Below are positions 39,161-56,425 of a stretch of 64,000 nt of DNA, piece by piece (position 1 is the first letter of the stretch; every line of letters starts with the position of its first letter). Under the pieces are notes generated by a model. It was not told the origin of the DNA and searched no databases. It was given only the letters and a program-made list of their open reading frames with translations. The translations under genes were made by a program, and so were the position numbers. The stretch lies in NCBI RefSeq assembly GCF_009914755.1, contig NC_060940.1. One strand, 5' to 3'. Source of the stretch: the human T2T-CHM13v2.0 reference genome, Homo sapiens.

Positions 39161-40075
39161 ATATTTTAAGATGATAATGCTGCTGTTTTTCAGAATAGAC
39201 TGATAGGATCAATGATTATAAGCAAGGAGAACTGTTAGAAACCTCCTATAATAATCTAGAAAAGAGATAGTGGTTGCTCATTCTAGAATGGTAATCAGAT
39301 TCCAGATATATACAGGAAGTGAAGCAAACAGGATTTTCAGTAAGAGATGATGGGGGTGTACATAAGAAGGGTGATGTCAAGATTTCAGGCTTTTGGAACT
39401 GGAAGAATAGAGTTGCCCTCACATGAGTTGGGGAAGGTTGTGGTTGGAATATGATTTGGGCAAGTCAAGATTTTAGCTCTGGACATGGTAAGTTTGAGAT
39501 GTCTTTTAGACGTCCTAGCAGAAATGCTGCATAAGCAGCATGATTTAGGAGTCTAAAGATTAGAAATGAATTCTCAGCAGTAGATTCAAAACTGGAATCA
39601 CTAGGGAAAGTCATGAGATTGAATGTGACACTGAGTGAGTGTGTGAACATGAGAAGAGAAGAGGTGCAAGGACTCTTGGACTTGGCATGCCAATATTAAT
39701 AAGCTAGGGAAAGAAGAACTACAAAATAAACTGAGAAAGAGTAACCAAGGAGATCGGGCAAAGCCAGGAAAGTCAAGTGAAGAAAGCATGTCCAGGGGGA
39801 GGGAATGAACAACAACGTGAAGGCACCTGATAGCTTATTTGTGATGAGACCAAGAATTTGTCACAGGATTTGGCAACTTAAAGGTCACTAGTGATTTGGA
39901 AAAGAGCAGTTTTTGAGGAGCAAGCTTAACAGAGAAAAGAAAGAGAAGAATTATAGACCGAAATTGTAGAAAACTACGTAATAGCTAAAGAAAAAGAACA
40001 GGAGCTGGCAGGAGAAGTGGCATCAAAACATATTTTTCTTTTGTTTTGTTCTTAAATGGGAGACATAACAACATA
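39160..40075 (-). mobile_element. L2 antisense fragment
   Basis: tttagctctggacatggtaagtttgagatgtcttttagacgtcctagc...gatttggcaacttaaaggtcactagtga. Confidence 0.75.
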
Positions 40076-42250
40076 CTCAGCTGTAAGCACCTCTTCCCTT
40101 CCCCTTTCTGTGAATGGCATTCGTGATGCATTTCATACCATTTCCTATACCAGCCCCCTTTCTATTTCAACATTTTTGAAATGGTACATTTTTTTTGTTA
40201 ATAGAGTCGCTGTTCATGATGCGTGGCTTCTGAATCTCTTTCTGGCTTGAACTCAGTAAACATCTGGCTGAAGCCTCCTGTTCTGTGTCTTAAGGCTTGA
40301 AGTTGCAACACGAACAGAATGTCAAGCCTAAACTAGTGTCCTTTTCTTTATTCCCTTCTTGTACGTGAGTAGATTCTATTCATTTTCACCCCTTAAAACC
40401 TGTTATCAGTACTTCAGCTTTCAGCACAGGCATCATTTCCTTAAGAAAGGCCTCCCAACCTCCCTGACCTTCCTGCCACCCCCACTATTCTAACTCAGTG
40501 GTCCTTCTTCCCACGGTCTCCTGCACGGTGTACGTTTCCTTCAGGGCACTGATGTCAGTTTGTTGTTGCACTAGTATGATGACTTAATTACCTTCTTAAG
40601 TGTAAGCTTCATGTCAGTTTCACTTCCTTTCCATAACCTCCATACCCTGGAATTTATTCAACAACCTTCTTCTGTAGATTAGCTATGTGCTGAACCCATT
40701 AGGGCTACTGAGAAAATTATGCAATAGGACCTGCCCCTGAGGCACTCACAGTTTAACAAAAGAGATAAAGATTTAAAAAAAAAAACCCATAATTCTAGAC
40801 ATTGTGTTATAATATCTAGGCATACAGGAGTGACCACCCAGAACACAAAAGTAGTGATTTCATTTCCTTTATCTTATCAAAACAATAGATGAAAATAGAT
40901 ATAAAATAATAGGAGAGTTCATAAAAAGAAACAACAATGATTGCTGAACTTTTTTTCTCATGTTGCCTTCACTTTTAACTATTTCTTTTCTCCATTCTCT
41001 TGGTGGTTATCTCCGTAATAATACCCTCATTCTATAATTTTTTGATGTACCAACTTTACGCATTGTGATTGACTTCCTACTGTGAGAGAGCGTGAGTTAG
41101 CTCTCTTATGTCACCACCAACACAAACTTCCTGTCCCCTTTCCCATTTTCTAATATAGATTTATCACTATTCTTGGTAATTCCACTAATCTCTCCTGACC
41201 ATTCAAACAGTAGAGTTAGATTTCTTACTTAGTTTGATAAACCAGAGAGACAGACAGTAGTTGTTTGAGCCTGGATTTGAAACAGTAGTGGTTTTTCAGG
41301 AGGACAAGAAATCAGTCAAGTGGCAATGACAGTGGGCACTCCAGGCTGGTGATAAATCATGCAAAATGTTGCTGAAGGGGAAAGGATTACATCAGATCTA
41401 AAGTACATATGGCATCCACACTGACATATAGAACCTAAAGTATAATTTCAAGTTGTCTGTTGAATTATCCAGGGCAATCTGTGTGCACAGAGTAGGTCCA
41501 AAAAAACAGGAAGAAGTAGGTTAGAACAGATCAGCCCTGGATTTGCACAGAAGCAATTCCTATCACCCATACAGTCTCATTAGTAAAAACAAGAAGCCCA
41601 AAGCACTTTGCATGAAAAAAATACTTTTCCATTTTGATGTGAAATATTCAAAAATGTCACAGCCTTTTTAGCTGTTTGCTTATTTTGGAAACCAAATAGA
41701 AAGAAGTATTTTTCAATTAACTCCTGTCTGCTGTAAATTTGTAAATGGAAAAGCTACATGAAAAAAATATATTTTGCTAATCTTTGGTCTGAGAATTTAA
41801 TTAAAAGAACATCACATTGCTAAAACCTAAACTTTCCTCTTGTATAGGTTGCTGCATATCAGATTAAATTTTAACCAGCACATCAGAGCATTTCCTTAGA
41901 ATGTGTCAGTATGCTAGGAACTTGTACGTGCCACAGTGCAAGGAATCTTCAACAAAACCATGTGAGATAAGTGTTATTAGTATTCAGTGAAACAGGTGTA
42001 GAGAGCCAGCCCAAACAGCTTAATGCCATTTATATAACAATAGCAATGATTTACATATTGAGCACTTACTAGGTGGCCTGCTCTTTGCTAATCCTTTCAC
42101 CAAAATTATCTCCTTTCATCCTTACCATGTTCCTAAATAGACAGGCTTTATTTCCCCATCTTTTGGATGAAAAAATTGAGGTTCACTGTCTTGGAATATT
42201 ATAAATTTCCCACACTTATTGAGTAGGTAAGCTAGGTTCTCTCTCTCTCT

Positions 42251-42556
42251 TTTTTTTTTTTTTTTTTTTTTTGAGATGGAGTTTTGCTCTTGTTTCGCAG
42301 GCCAGAGTGCAATGGCACAATCTCGGCTCACTGCAACCTCCACCCCTCGGGGGTCAAGCGGTCCTCCTGCCTCAGTCTCCTGAGTAGCTGGGATTACAGG
42401 TGCCTTCCACCATGCCTGGCTATTTCTTTGTATTTTTAGTAGAAATGGGGTTTCACCACGTTGCCCAGGCTGGTCTTGAACTCCAGACCTCAGGTGATCC
42501 ACCCGCCTCAGCCTCCCAAAGTGCTGGGACTACAGGGGTGAGCCACTGCGTCCATC
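42251..42556 (-). mobile_element. AluS (Sq/Sx) element
   Basis: Long poly(T) plus dimer. Confidence 0.92.
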
Positions 42557-43427
42557 AGGATTCTCATCTTAACCCAGCCCTATACCTTAACCAGTAGACC
42601 TGGAATCAAAAGGACAATCTCACTTTACCAGCTACTAGTTCTATTCCATCCCGATTCCTAGGGCAAGAGATTGTTAGTGATTGGAACCTTTCTCAATGCC
42701 GGAAGGCACGTCATTGCATCATGATGCCTTCTAGGGTTGGAAAGAATAAATTGCCATAACTGAATTCCTTTTGAGCATGCTTGTTAACCCCTCCTAACTG
42801 AAGACAGTCTTAAGGCAAATCCACATTCCAAATCATCATACTTCCCAGGCGTCTTAGTGAGAATGCTGGAAGAAAAGACTAGCAATCCACCCACATGCTG
42901 AGCTCTAAGATACGCTAGGAATGTCTCTGCCCAAAGACACTTTGTAGAATAGATGAGTTATGGGTTCTCAGAATACGAAGAAACCTCAAAGGCCATCAGT
43001 CCATTTCTTCCTTCCTCGCACAGAGCAGGTTTCCTCTTGGTAATATCACTGGCAGAAGGTAAAAAGCACTGGTTTAATGCTTTTCCAAGTTCCCTGTTGT
43101 TTGGAGCAGAATCCTGCCACTTACCTGTGTCCATATTTCTGTCTTCTGAATCCACATTAAAAAAACTGCTTCCTTTCTTGACATTTTTTATTCATTTAGT
43201 CAACAATAGTTGTCATATTGTTACTGAGTATCAGGTAGACATAATGAGAGGAAAAGATGGTGTGGACAACTAGAAAAACACGTCCAAGAGACTAAAAGCA
43301 GAAGGAAGAGCTTGTACTACTTAAAGAATAGGGGGAAAATCCATTATGGCAGGATAAGAGATTGTCTTAGAAAGAAGCATAGCATTAGCTAGATGGAAAC
43401 ATCTTGTCCCTTTCAAGAATAACTTGC

Positions 43428-45285
<1,858 letters not shown>

Positions 45286-46534
45286 CAAGATTAGCTGGAG
45301 GAGTAGGCAGAATCAAACACAGAGATTATGCAAGTCCTTACACGTCATCTTACAGATTCGGGGTAAGAAACTCTAGAAAGGTGTTAATCTTGACAGCATC
45401 AAGAGAGGGTGCGAGGAGGCCTCTCAGTCCAGGAGGAGGTGATAGTGGCTGTCTGGGGAAGTAGTATGGAAACTGAGAGGTGTGGAGAGATTCAGGAGGT
45501 TTAAGGGGAGGTAGAATAGGCTGGACACTATGATTAACTGAGCAAGTGAGAAAGGAGAGAGTGTGCCTTGAGCAAGCAGGAGGATGGCACCTCGGAGTTG
45601 AAATAACAGGCTTTGCAGACTCCACTGGACCTGTGATAGTTTGGCTCTGCCTTTTATGGAAAGGAAGAACCAGACCAGATGTTCTGTTCCATGCTGTGTG
45701 TTAAACTCTGAAACTTAGAGCCTGAGCATCTTTATTTTTCCTCTCTTTGGAAGGTCGTTTCACCATTTATCTACCTAGCTTCTATATCCTGTTGATGATT
45801 CTAAACCCCCCCCAATATCACATAAATCCACACTCTCTTCACTATCTTCAGTATCACTATTTTGGTCAAAACTGTTATAGTCCCTTTTCTAGACTTTCTG
45901 TCTTCTTTAGATCTTAACTTTATCTCTCCCACCCATCTCACGTTACACAATAATGTGACTAAAATGCAAATCTAGTCATCTTTTCCCTACCTTGAAACAA
46001 TCCTCAATTCCAATAGAATTGTATCCAAGCTTTTTGTCTTGGCATACAATGACTTCAACTACATGGCTTTTCCCAACTTCCTATTGCCATCTCTGACTCC
46101 CTCTACTCATTGTGTCAGCAAAGCACAGCACGCAGAAGCACAGGGCGTGGATCCCACTTCTGACACATGACCATTGTGCCACTTTGTACAGGTTTGTTTT
46201 TTGTTTAATCAGAGAATCTGTTTCTCATTTAGAACATGGTAATGTTAGTATGTCCATGTTTGTATCATTATTATGAGGATTAATTGAGATAGTGTTGGTA
46301 AAGTGCTTGGCACATGGCAATTACTATACTCAAGTTACCAGGAACTTCTCAGGACTCGCCAGACATGTACCCGTCAATGCTAATTTCCTCCTCTGAGTTT
46401 TTGCATTCATTTCTATCCCTTGGATTGTACTCGTCTTTAAAGGAACTTGTCAAATGACACCTCCTTTGAAAAGCTTCTAGACTTCCCAACTTCCCGGTAG
46501 GTGTCCAGATAAGTGGTAACATAATTATTTTACC

Positions 46535-47020
46535 AGTTCAGCAGATATTTATTGGGAGCACAGTGTGCCACCACTGGAGACAGACCAGTAAAGAAGACTG
46601 TTGTCCCCATGGAACACACATTCTAGTATAGGGAGGCAGAAAATTAAGAAGTAAACAAACACAATTCAACAAGGTAACTGCAGAGAGTGCTAAATTTCGT
46701 ATAGGAGATTGAACATAATGAAGTAAGAGAGAATGATGTGGGATGAAGGCAATGGTGGGTAAAGCAGTCAGGGAAGAATTTTTTGACTTCATAAGTGAGC
46801 TGAGTCCTGAATAAGGAGAAGAACCTATAAGAATAGCAAGAAGAAGGCTACTCCTGGCAGATACAAAGGACTCGAAATGGAACTGAGCTTGCATTGACCC
46901 AGGAACCCAAAGTATTTGGGGAATATTGAGCAAAGGCTAGAAAGGAACCAGATGAATTTGAGCAGTAGTTAGGGGCTAGAGGACATACAACCTGAGAGCC
47001 ATGATTAAACCCTAGATACG
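46535..47020 (-). mobile_element. L2 antisense 3' fragment
   Basis: ttcagcagatatttattgggagcacagtgtgcc...acacattctagtatagggaggcaga. Confidence 0.6.
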
Positions 47021-47325
47021 TTAATACAAGGACTAATAGCCTGTATGTTCCACCCTATAATAAGAAAATCTCTGCTGGGAAAGGTGAAGCGCTATTCTTG
47101 TCTGAGATAGGAGAACAGATGAAGGTTATTTTCTAAATATATTGTTGTTAGGATTAATGTCTATAAAAGAAATATAACCAATGAAGCAAAGTCTAATTGA
47201 AAGTATATTGAGGATTACATCCTTGTGCCAAAAGTATTACCATTTGCTTTGCTTGCAAAATAAGGCAATACTGAAAGTTGGAACAAACCTTGTTGTGCAC
47301 TTAAGTATCTGACCGTCACAGAAAA

Positions 47326-48372
<1,047 letters not shown>

Positions 48373-49511
48373 TCTCTGAAAGATGGGAGAGGGTTAAATA
48401 AATCATCAAGGAGATTTGCACATGTTGAATTTTCTTATATGATGAAATAATTTTTTGATACATTGATTTATCTTATTTCCTTATTATTCCTTGGGCAGAA
48501 AAATTTGCTTACCATTACAGTTCACTTCGGCCCTACCTTTAGGGACCACAGACGTATGCACATTCTTTCTTTTCTGTCTGCAAAACTTCTGTTCATTCTT
48601 CAAAGTTTAGCTTGAATCACTCTGGAAAGCAATCTCTGACTAGCTTCTACAGATTGTTCATAAGCTCTTCAGAATTAAATAAGTTGATTTCAGTTTTGTA
48701 TCATGTTCAGTAGTCAGAATAATTGATGTTAGCTGATGCAACAGAAAAACTTGAAATCTTAGTGTTTCAGTCCAACCAAGGTTTATTACTCACTCTATTT
48801 ACATCTGATACAGTTTCCAAAAAAAGATGAATTGATAGAAGGACATATTTTTGTCTAACGTGTGTGAAAATGACTTTTCTCAGAGTGGAAACCTCGAGGG
48901 CTGGGGCTGCAGAAGTATTCTGTGCCTTAGGCAGAAAAAGATTTCATGAGTGGATGCTGGGTGGGGGATGGCTTCTGTTCAGAATAAAACAAGAATGGGA
49001 AGGTCATGAGAGTCAAACACCAACAGAGATAGAGAGCTGGATGAATAGTCCTCAAAAGAAGCCTCTCCAAACACCAGAAACAGGTGTAGCCCACAGTAAC
49101 TTCTTTGGGTCTTCATTTCATAGCCTCAAGGTTTTCAGATTTCCATTGTTAGAAACCATCCACCCCCTCATTCACCTGCCAAAAGAAACCTCCTATAACA
49201 ATTTCCTGGGAGTTCTTTTCCTGTACTCAATTTATAATGCTGTAGCAGAAATTGCTTTGGCCTAGGTAGAAACGAGCAGGTCTGGGTCTCGGCTTTCACT
49301 TACTAGTTGTTTTTCAGTTTCTCATATGGAAGATGAGAGTGTGGCTTATTTTAGCTCTCAATTTTCTTTCACATTTTCATTCATTCATTAATTCACTTGT
49401 TTGTTCATCAAATGTTTACTGAAAATGTATACAAGTCACCTTATTACTTGCCAGATACACATAATCCTGTTTTTGTAGAATAATGCATACACTAGCAGGA
49501 TAGGTGGAAAA

Positions 49512-49808
49512 TTTTTTTTTTTTTTTGATTTGGAGTCTCACTGTATTGCCCAGGCCGGAGTGCAGCGGTGTAACCTTGGCTCATTGCAAACTCCACCTCC
49601 TGGGTCCAAGTGATTCTCGTGCCCTGGACTCGCCAGTAGCTGGAATTACAGGCGCCCGCCACCACGCCTGGCTAATTTTTGTATTTTTAGTAGAGACGGG
49701 GTTTCATCATGTTGGCCAGGCTGGTCTCAAACTCCTGACCTCAGGTGATATGTCTGCCTTGGCCTCCCAAAGTGCTAGGATTACAGGCGTAAGCCACCAT
49801 GCCTGACA
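49512..49808 (-). mobile_element. AluSx-like element
   Basis: Poly(T) plus dimer. Confidence 0.92.
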
Positions 49809-50012
49809 GGTAGATAATTTTTAAAGCAACTTTAGTGCTGCGAAATAAAGATGAGTAGCTTGTAGTATGGATAAGCAGAGAAAATATAATCTCCTTTAAG
49901 GTGATGGTCTGGACGAGGAAAGTCTATAGCATTGAGTTGAGTTGGTTTGGGAAGGTCACAGTGAAAGAATAGTCTAATATTTCTTGCACATGATAAACAA
50001 GCCTTGGAATTA

Positions 50013-50429
<417 letters not shown>

Positions 50430-51275
50430 TCATCAAAAGTCTCACGTGCTGTATTAAGATTCTGCAATATTCAGGTCTCTATTTATTGCTGGTCCACCCC
50501 ACTCCCTAGCTGTCTGAGTTTTCTTATACTCAGGGAATGAGAGATGGAAGCCCATCCCATTACTAGAACCCAGTGTCTTTCACATCCTTTATTTACTTCC
50601 AAATGTCTCTGGCAATTGCAGTGTCTGTGCTCAGTCCAACTCTCCTGGCAGAAGATGGAAACACACTCACATCTTCCAGCCTGGGCTCAGAACATGCCTT
50701 CTTCCCTTCAGAGAGACTTGCTCCTTGAGATATCTAATTTTACAGATCATGGTTTTGGAGAAGAAAACATGTCACCCCAGGAGTGAGTGGGAAATTACTC
50801 AGTTCTGGAGAGAGGGAAATGTCAAGACAGATGGGTCAGGCTTCCAACTGGGATCCTGAGCAGCTCACCAGAGAGCCAGGAAATCCAGCACCTTCTTCTC
50901 TCCAGCCTGTCTCAATGTCGTGCAGATTTGGAAGCTGGCAAACTCACCACTGGGATCTTTCTCACCTTTGAGCCATTTTTTCCTGCTGCTTCTTCTGTCT
51001 GGCCCTTCTACTTCATTACCCTGGATAAGTCTTGCATACCCCCAGCATAAATGCCTCTTCCCTGGAATCTCCCTTCAACATAATGGTGGGTTAGGTGACC
51101 TTAGTCTGTGTTTTCACAGCATATTTTAATACAACTTTATCAAAACACTGATCATCCTGTTTGTCATTATTATTTTTATTTGTTTCATATTTTTCTCCTG
51201 TGAAACCTGATGAGGGCAGGGTACATAAGTATTTTTTTTTCCACAGGACCTAGGATAGCATGACACATAAATCAT

Positions 51276-51699
51276 AAGACAAGGTTTGGCTGTTTGTCCC
51301 CTTCAAATCTCACGTTGAAATGTAATCCCCAGGGTTGCAGATGGACCTGGTGGGTGGTGTTTGGGTCATGAGAGCAGATCTGTCATAAATGTCTTGGTGC
51401 TGTCCTCTTGGTATTATTAAGTTCTCAAGCTATAAATGCACACGAAAGCTGCTTGTAAAAAGGGAGCCACATGCTTAACATCCCTCATTCTCTCTCTTGT
51501 TCCTACTCATGCCATGTGACACACCTGCTCGCCCTTCACATTCTTTCACAAATAAAAGCTTTCTGAGGGCTCACCAGAAAGTAAGCAGATGCTGGTGCCA
51601 TGCTTGTACAGTCTGCAGACCCATGAACCAAATAAATCTCTTTTCTTTATAAATTACCCAGTCGCATTTCTTTTTCGTAATGCAAAATGAACTAACACA
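51276..51699 (+). mobile_element. MST-type MaLR solo LTR inserted in an L2 3' end
   Basis: ggtttggctgtttgtccccttcaaatctcacgttgaaatgtaatcccc ... aaattacccagtc...gaactaacaca. Confidence 0.85.
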
Positions 51700-52252
51700 T
51701 CGTGCTAAGTAATTTTTGTTGAATGAATGAACAGTCCTGGGCCCCTGCAGTCTCCCCTTGTTAAGCCTTTTACCATAAATCATTCTTCTTTTTTAAGGCC
51801 CCGATGCCTGGAATAATCAAACATCAAGACTAGATGAGACCTTGTGATAATAAGTTAGTGATTCCCAAGTTTGGTTGGTGAGAATGCTTCCTTTGTGAGG
51901 AAGAGCCTATCAGAATCAGTGTATATGTGAGAGCAGAGAAAATATGTAGTTTAAATAGACGTAGGGTATGCTTTCTTGAATAGGACAGAGAAAGAGAAAT
52001 TACAGGTAGCTCCATAGGAATTGTACATAACCTGCTACTTGTAGGATCCTTGCAGTCTATACGTCATGCCAAAGAGGAACTAAGAGATTAAAGATTCCAG
52101 TAAAGTCTAAACTTCCATTAGTATCGTCTAACCTTTCATCAGACCTTGACATCTTAATACAGCATTGGCAAACGAACAGCCAAGTGGTCTCTGCTTAAAC
52201 ACCTATCCTAAAGGGGAATTCCCTACTGTCCAAGGCAACTCATCACTTAGAC

Positions 52253-52464
52253 CAGGGACTTTTGACCTCAGCACCATTGATGGGTGGGATACAATTTATT
52301 GCAAGGGAATGCACCATGCTTCCTGGGATGCAAAGCAGCATCCCTGGCCTCTCCTCTCTAAATTCTAGTAACATCACTATCTCAAGTTGTGACAATTAAA
52401 ATTGTCTTCAGATATTGCTCAATGTCCCCTGAGAGGCAAAACTGCCCTTGATAGAGAATCACCG
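52253..52464 (-). mobile_element. MER20 (hAT-Charlie) DNA transposon
   Basis: gcagcatccctggcctct...gttgtgacaattaaaattgtcttcagatattgctcaatgtcccctg; 8-bp TSD ACTTAGAC (52245-52252) / ACTTAGAA (52465-52472). Confidence 0.87.
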
Positions 52465-52574
52465 ACTTAGAACCAGGCTGTCAATAGAATGTGGGCTTCA
52501 TTAGAGTGTACATCTATTGATTTTACTCTCCTGTGATCCATTTTCTTTTCTTTAAGTAAAAAACAAACCAAAAA

Positions 52575-52995
52575 AACCAAACCAAACAAAAAACATGACT
52601 CTGTTTTTCCTTCTGGAACTATTTCTCCCCTGTTCCCCCAGGATATTTGGTTTAAGTGGGGTTGACTACACAAATGAGAATTGGTTCTGAGAACTGTCTT
52701 TGAAACATTAGAGGACAGAATTCCTTTTCCTAATGGAGGTTCAGAGAAGACAGTAGATCTGGAACTACTGGAAACTATCTCGTCAACATAAAGAAAATAT
52801 CTACCTAAAATGGGCCTAATAAAGAGGAAAACAGGGTAGACATTGTCAGATTCTTGAAGATATTGTCTGAGTCTTTGAATTAAGCTTGGTTCAAAGTTGA
52901 ATTATCCCTGAGCTTTTTAGTTACATGAACAAAGAATCCCTTTCAGCCACAGTTAGTTTTAGTTGCATTTCTATCAGTTGCAACTGGAAAAAGAT
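52575..52995 (+). mobile_element. Old MLT1 LTR
   Basis: ttttagttacatgaacaaagaatccctttcagccac...ttctatcagttgcaactggaaa 3' end. Confidence 0.55.
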
Positions 52996-53464
52996 GTGAT
53001 TTTTCACATGTATTTTTCAACTCCTTGTTCTTTCTCTGAGTAAAAAAAACATGAATTCGCTCTCTTTCTCACAATCAAACTTTGCCAGTTTTTGAAGGTG
53101 TTGAGACAGGTGAATTTGCCAAGGTCTGAGCTCACTGACCCCTAGGCTTCCACCTTGTGTGTCTCCATTTTCCTTAATTCTCCCACAGCAATCTTTGGGA
53201 AGGATAGAGCTGCTGCTCATGACCAATTTCTGTTTAACAGCCTTTGATAGCTCTAATTCCCTATAAGATATGCCCTCATTCCACAGTCTGGAGGTCAGGA
53301 CCTTTACAACCTGGCCTCAGAAGACACCTGCAGCCTCAGTGTTATCTGTGCAGTGCTTTGCTATGAGATCCCCACGGCATCTCTGAGACTGCAGCATCCA
53401 GCCAAGGGCCAGGCATAATGCAAGCCTACAGTGAATGTGTGCCTAGATGAACAAATTAGAAGGA

Positions 53465-54147
53465 TGTTGTCCAAAAGACCACCAGTGTGGCTAAATAGAA
53501 GAAAGGAGAGCTTTATTGATGATATCAGTTTGCAAACCAGGAAGAGACAATCTCCAGTCTCTTTCTTCCAAGGGGAAGGGCAGGTTGGGTTTTAATGTCT
53601 CACAGGGTCTGTATTACACAAAAGAGTTCTACATATTCAGCAGACTTGGGGGAGAAGCTATAGGTATTTATGAGAGGAGTTGAGCGCATGTGCAGTGAGT
53701 AAACGTATACATAATATACATCCCATATTCACTTTGGCATGGGGTTTTAGTATAAAAGTGAGGTTAAATTTGGCCCATTATGTCAAAAGGTGAACTACAG
53801 GACACAAAGATAGTTTGTGCACAGCCTGTATAAGCTGCTGAAACTGGCTTAAGGTCTGCAGTTGCTTATCAGAAAAGAATGTTTAAAAGGCCGATCCTCT
53901 GTCCAATCAGAGTCACAGTGGTCTGGGCTATAAATCAGAGTTAAGAGGGGTCTGATAATGTGCCTGATAGGTCTGATTATTAGGGAGTTCCGCGAGAGTG
54001 TGGTTTTTCTTGTTACCAAAGGAATTTAGAAATTTGCCATGCCCGCCAAGTCCTGAACCCTCTAGCTGTAGGGAACTTTTTGTTTCCTTAACCTCAGGGT
54101 TTGTCTTAGTTGATAAATGGGAGTCTATTTTGGTCGCTCAGATCACA
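53465..54147 (-). mobile_element. MER39 (ERV1) complete solo LTR
   Basis: Reverse complement begins tgtgatctgagcgaccaaaatagac; TG...CA termini; perfect 4-bp TSD AGGA (53461-53464 and 54148-54151); minus-strand AATAAA at 53512-53517. Confidence 0.85.
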
Positions 54148-55308
54148 AGGACCACAACATTCCTGCTCACTGTGAGAAAGCTTCTTCTCTACAGACAGGT
54201 CATCAGCTCCCTGCCTTTGCTGAATGCATGGCCCCTGTGAGATACTGAGTCGAAACAAAGCTGGCAATTCCCTTGCCTGACACTTGTCCAAGAGCCTGTC
54301 TTCGTGAGGGTGAAGGAGCCCCCCATGGCCCCTGCCCTGGTAAAGACCATCTGACGTCCAGCCTAGGATGAAAACTCTAGTCCTGACAGCTCAGCCAGCA
54401 CCTCTGGGCCCTAAAATATCCTGTGACAAACTCATCTACAGGATTTACCACTCAACCTTGTGATTATTTTATTATCTTTCTGTCTCAGGCATTAAATTTG
54501 CCCTCCCCGAAGGAAGTGCACATAGCTTATTATTTTCTGTTTAGTGCCTAGGTCAGTGTATGGAACACAGCTGAAATGAACTCATTTGTACAATTAAAAA
54601 ATAACTAAAGGATGAGAACATAAAAGTTGGTAATAATAAAGAATACAAATTTTGGATATAATCAGACTTGGATTCAAGTCCTGACTATTTGACTTACCAG
54701 CTGTGTCACTGTAGATATGTTTCTTAGCTCCTCAGATTCTATTTCTCTGCTTTTAAATGGGAATGTGTATCTTGCAGATCTGTTATGAGGAAAGATATAT
54801 CTCACACAAGCGTACTACTAGCTGTTTTCGTGATGTTTCTCATTTAAATCTTATCTCCCTCCCTTATCCTCTCTCACAAGGGCAAATGTTCAAATTCTCA
54901 TTTTACAGGAGAAAAAGTCTAAGAGAGCTTCAGCACACAAAAGTAAGAGGAAACCAAAATTTACTCACCAAGCAGGTGGAAGAGTCGGTATGAGTGCAGG
55001 ATAATCAACCAAAGAAGAGGGACCTGCCTGCCCAACAGAATTTCCTAAAGTAGCGTGCTCATGTCTCTGTAGGTAGATAAGCCGATTTAATGATGATCCT
55101 TTTTATTGCAGTAATTATGTTTGTTTTAACGCATTTTAGAAAAAAATACATAACCAACGTGTTGAACTTGTGACTTGTGGATCTTGAGCTTAGTATGAGA
55201 CTAAGAAAGGTATGTGACTAAGCAGGAAACAAAAAGGCTGTTCAGAGTTAAGAAAAAATATAAGCATATTATAACAGTTGAATTAGATGGTTAGGAGGCA
55301 GGTTCTCC

Positions 55309-55669
55309 TTATAGGGTTTGGCTCTGTGTTCCCACCCAAATCTCACCTTGAATTGTAATTGTAATAATGTCCATGTGTTGTAGGAGGGACCCAGTGGGAG
55401 GTAATTGAATCATGGGGGTGGGTTTTTCCCATGCTGTTCTTGCGATAGTGAATAAGTCTCACAAGATCTAATGGTTTCATAAAGGGGAGTCCCCTACACA
55501 TGCCCTCTTGCCTGCCACCATCTAAGACGTCCCTCTGCTCCTCATCTTCCACCATGATTGTGAGGCCTCCCCAGCCATGTGGAACTGTGAGTCCATTAAG
55601 CCTCTTTCCTTTAAAAATTATCTAGTCTCGGGTATGTCTTTATTAGCAGCATGAGAATGGACTAATGCA
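55309..55669 (+). mobile_element. THE1 (C/D-type) MaLR solo LTR
   Basis: ggtttggctctgtgttcccacccaaatctcaccttgaattgtaa ... gaggcctccccagccatgtggaactgtgagtcc ... gactaatgca. Confidence 0.9.
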
Positions 55670-55689
55670 CTCACCAACCCCTAATCATT

Positions 55690-55870
55690 CACTCTACTTA
55701 TCAGCCCTGCGACCTTAGATAAGTCACTTAAACTATCTGTGCCACTAGTCTTCCCATTTGAGAAATAGGGGTAGTAGCATTTTGCCATATAAGATTGTGA
55801 GTGAAGATACGATGAGTTAATACATGGTAAATAGTTACGTGTTCAATAAGTGGCATTATATTATTATTTC
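55690..55870 (+). mobile_element. MIR
   Basis: gaccttagataagtcacttaaactatctgtgcc...atgagttaatacatggtaaa. Confidence 0.7.
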
Positions 55871-56129
55871 ATAGCACAGATAGTGTATAATGTCCAATCA
55901 TGACTGTGGTATGTAAGAAATAACTGAAGTTTGGGAAGGATTCTATATCCTTGCAACACTTGGGATGAAGAAAAATAGTAGGAATGAGAATAAAGATGAG
56001 CGTAACATATCCAGGCCATGCAAAGAATTGGATATCCCAATATTGAAGAAGACACACGGCATCCTCTTAAATACTTAGTGAGTGTCCTCTGGCAGAAGGA
56101 GGTATTAACTTCATAAAAGCGTGCCAATA

Positions 56130-56425
56130 GGCTGAGTACAGTGGCTCATGCGTGTAATCCTAGCACTTTGGGAGGGCAAGGTGGACAGATGGCTTGAACT
56201 CACAAGTTTGACACCAGCCTGGGCAACATAGTGAGACCCTGTCTCTACAAAAAATACAAAAACTTGCCTGGCATGGCGGTGCGTGCCTGTAGTCCCAGCT
56301 GCTCAGGAGGCTGAGTGGGAGGATCACCTGGGCCCAGTGAGGTTGAAGCTGCAGTGAGCTGTGATTGTGCCACTATATTCAGCCTAGGGTAACAGAGTGA
56401 GACCCTGCCAAAAAAAAAAAAAAAA
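56130..56425 (+). mobile_element. AluJ element
   Basis: Dimer; TSD aaaagcgtgccaata / aaaagcatgccagta. Confidence 0.9.

Noticed and set aside
40419-40435. TTCAGCAC half-site as a REST/NRSE element
   Set aside because: The GGACAG half-site is missing.
48864-49265. 133-aa ORF
   Set aside because: Non-ATG start, no similarity I recognise, and a length expected by chance in 64 kb.
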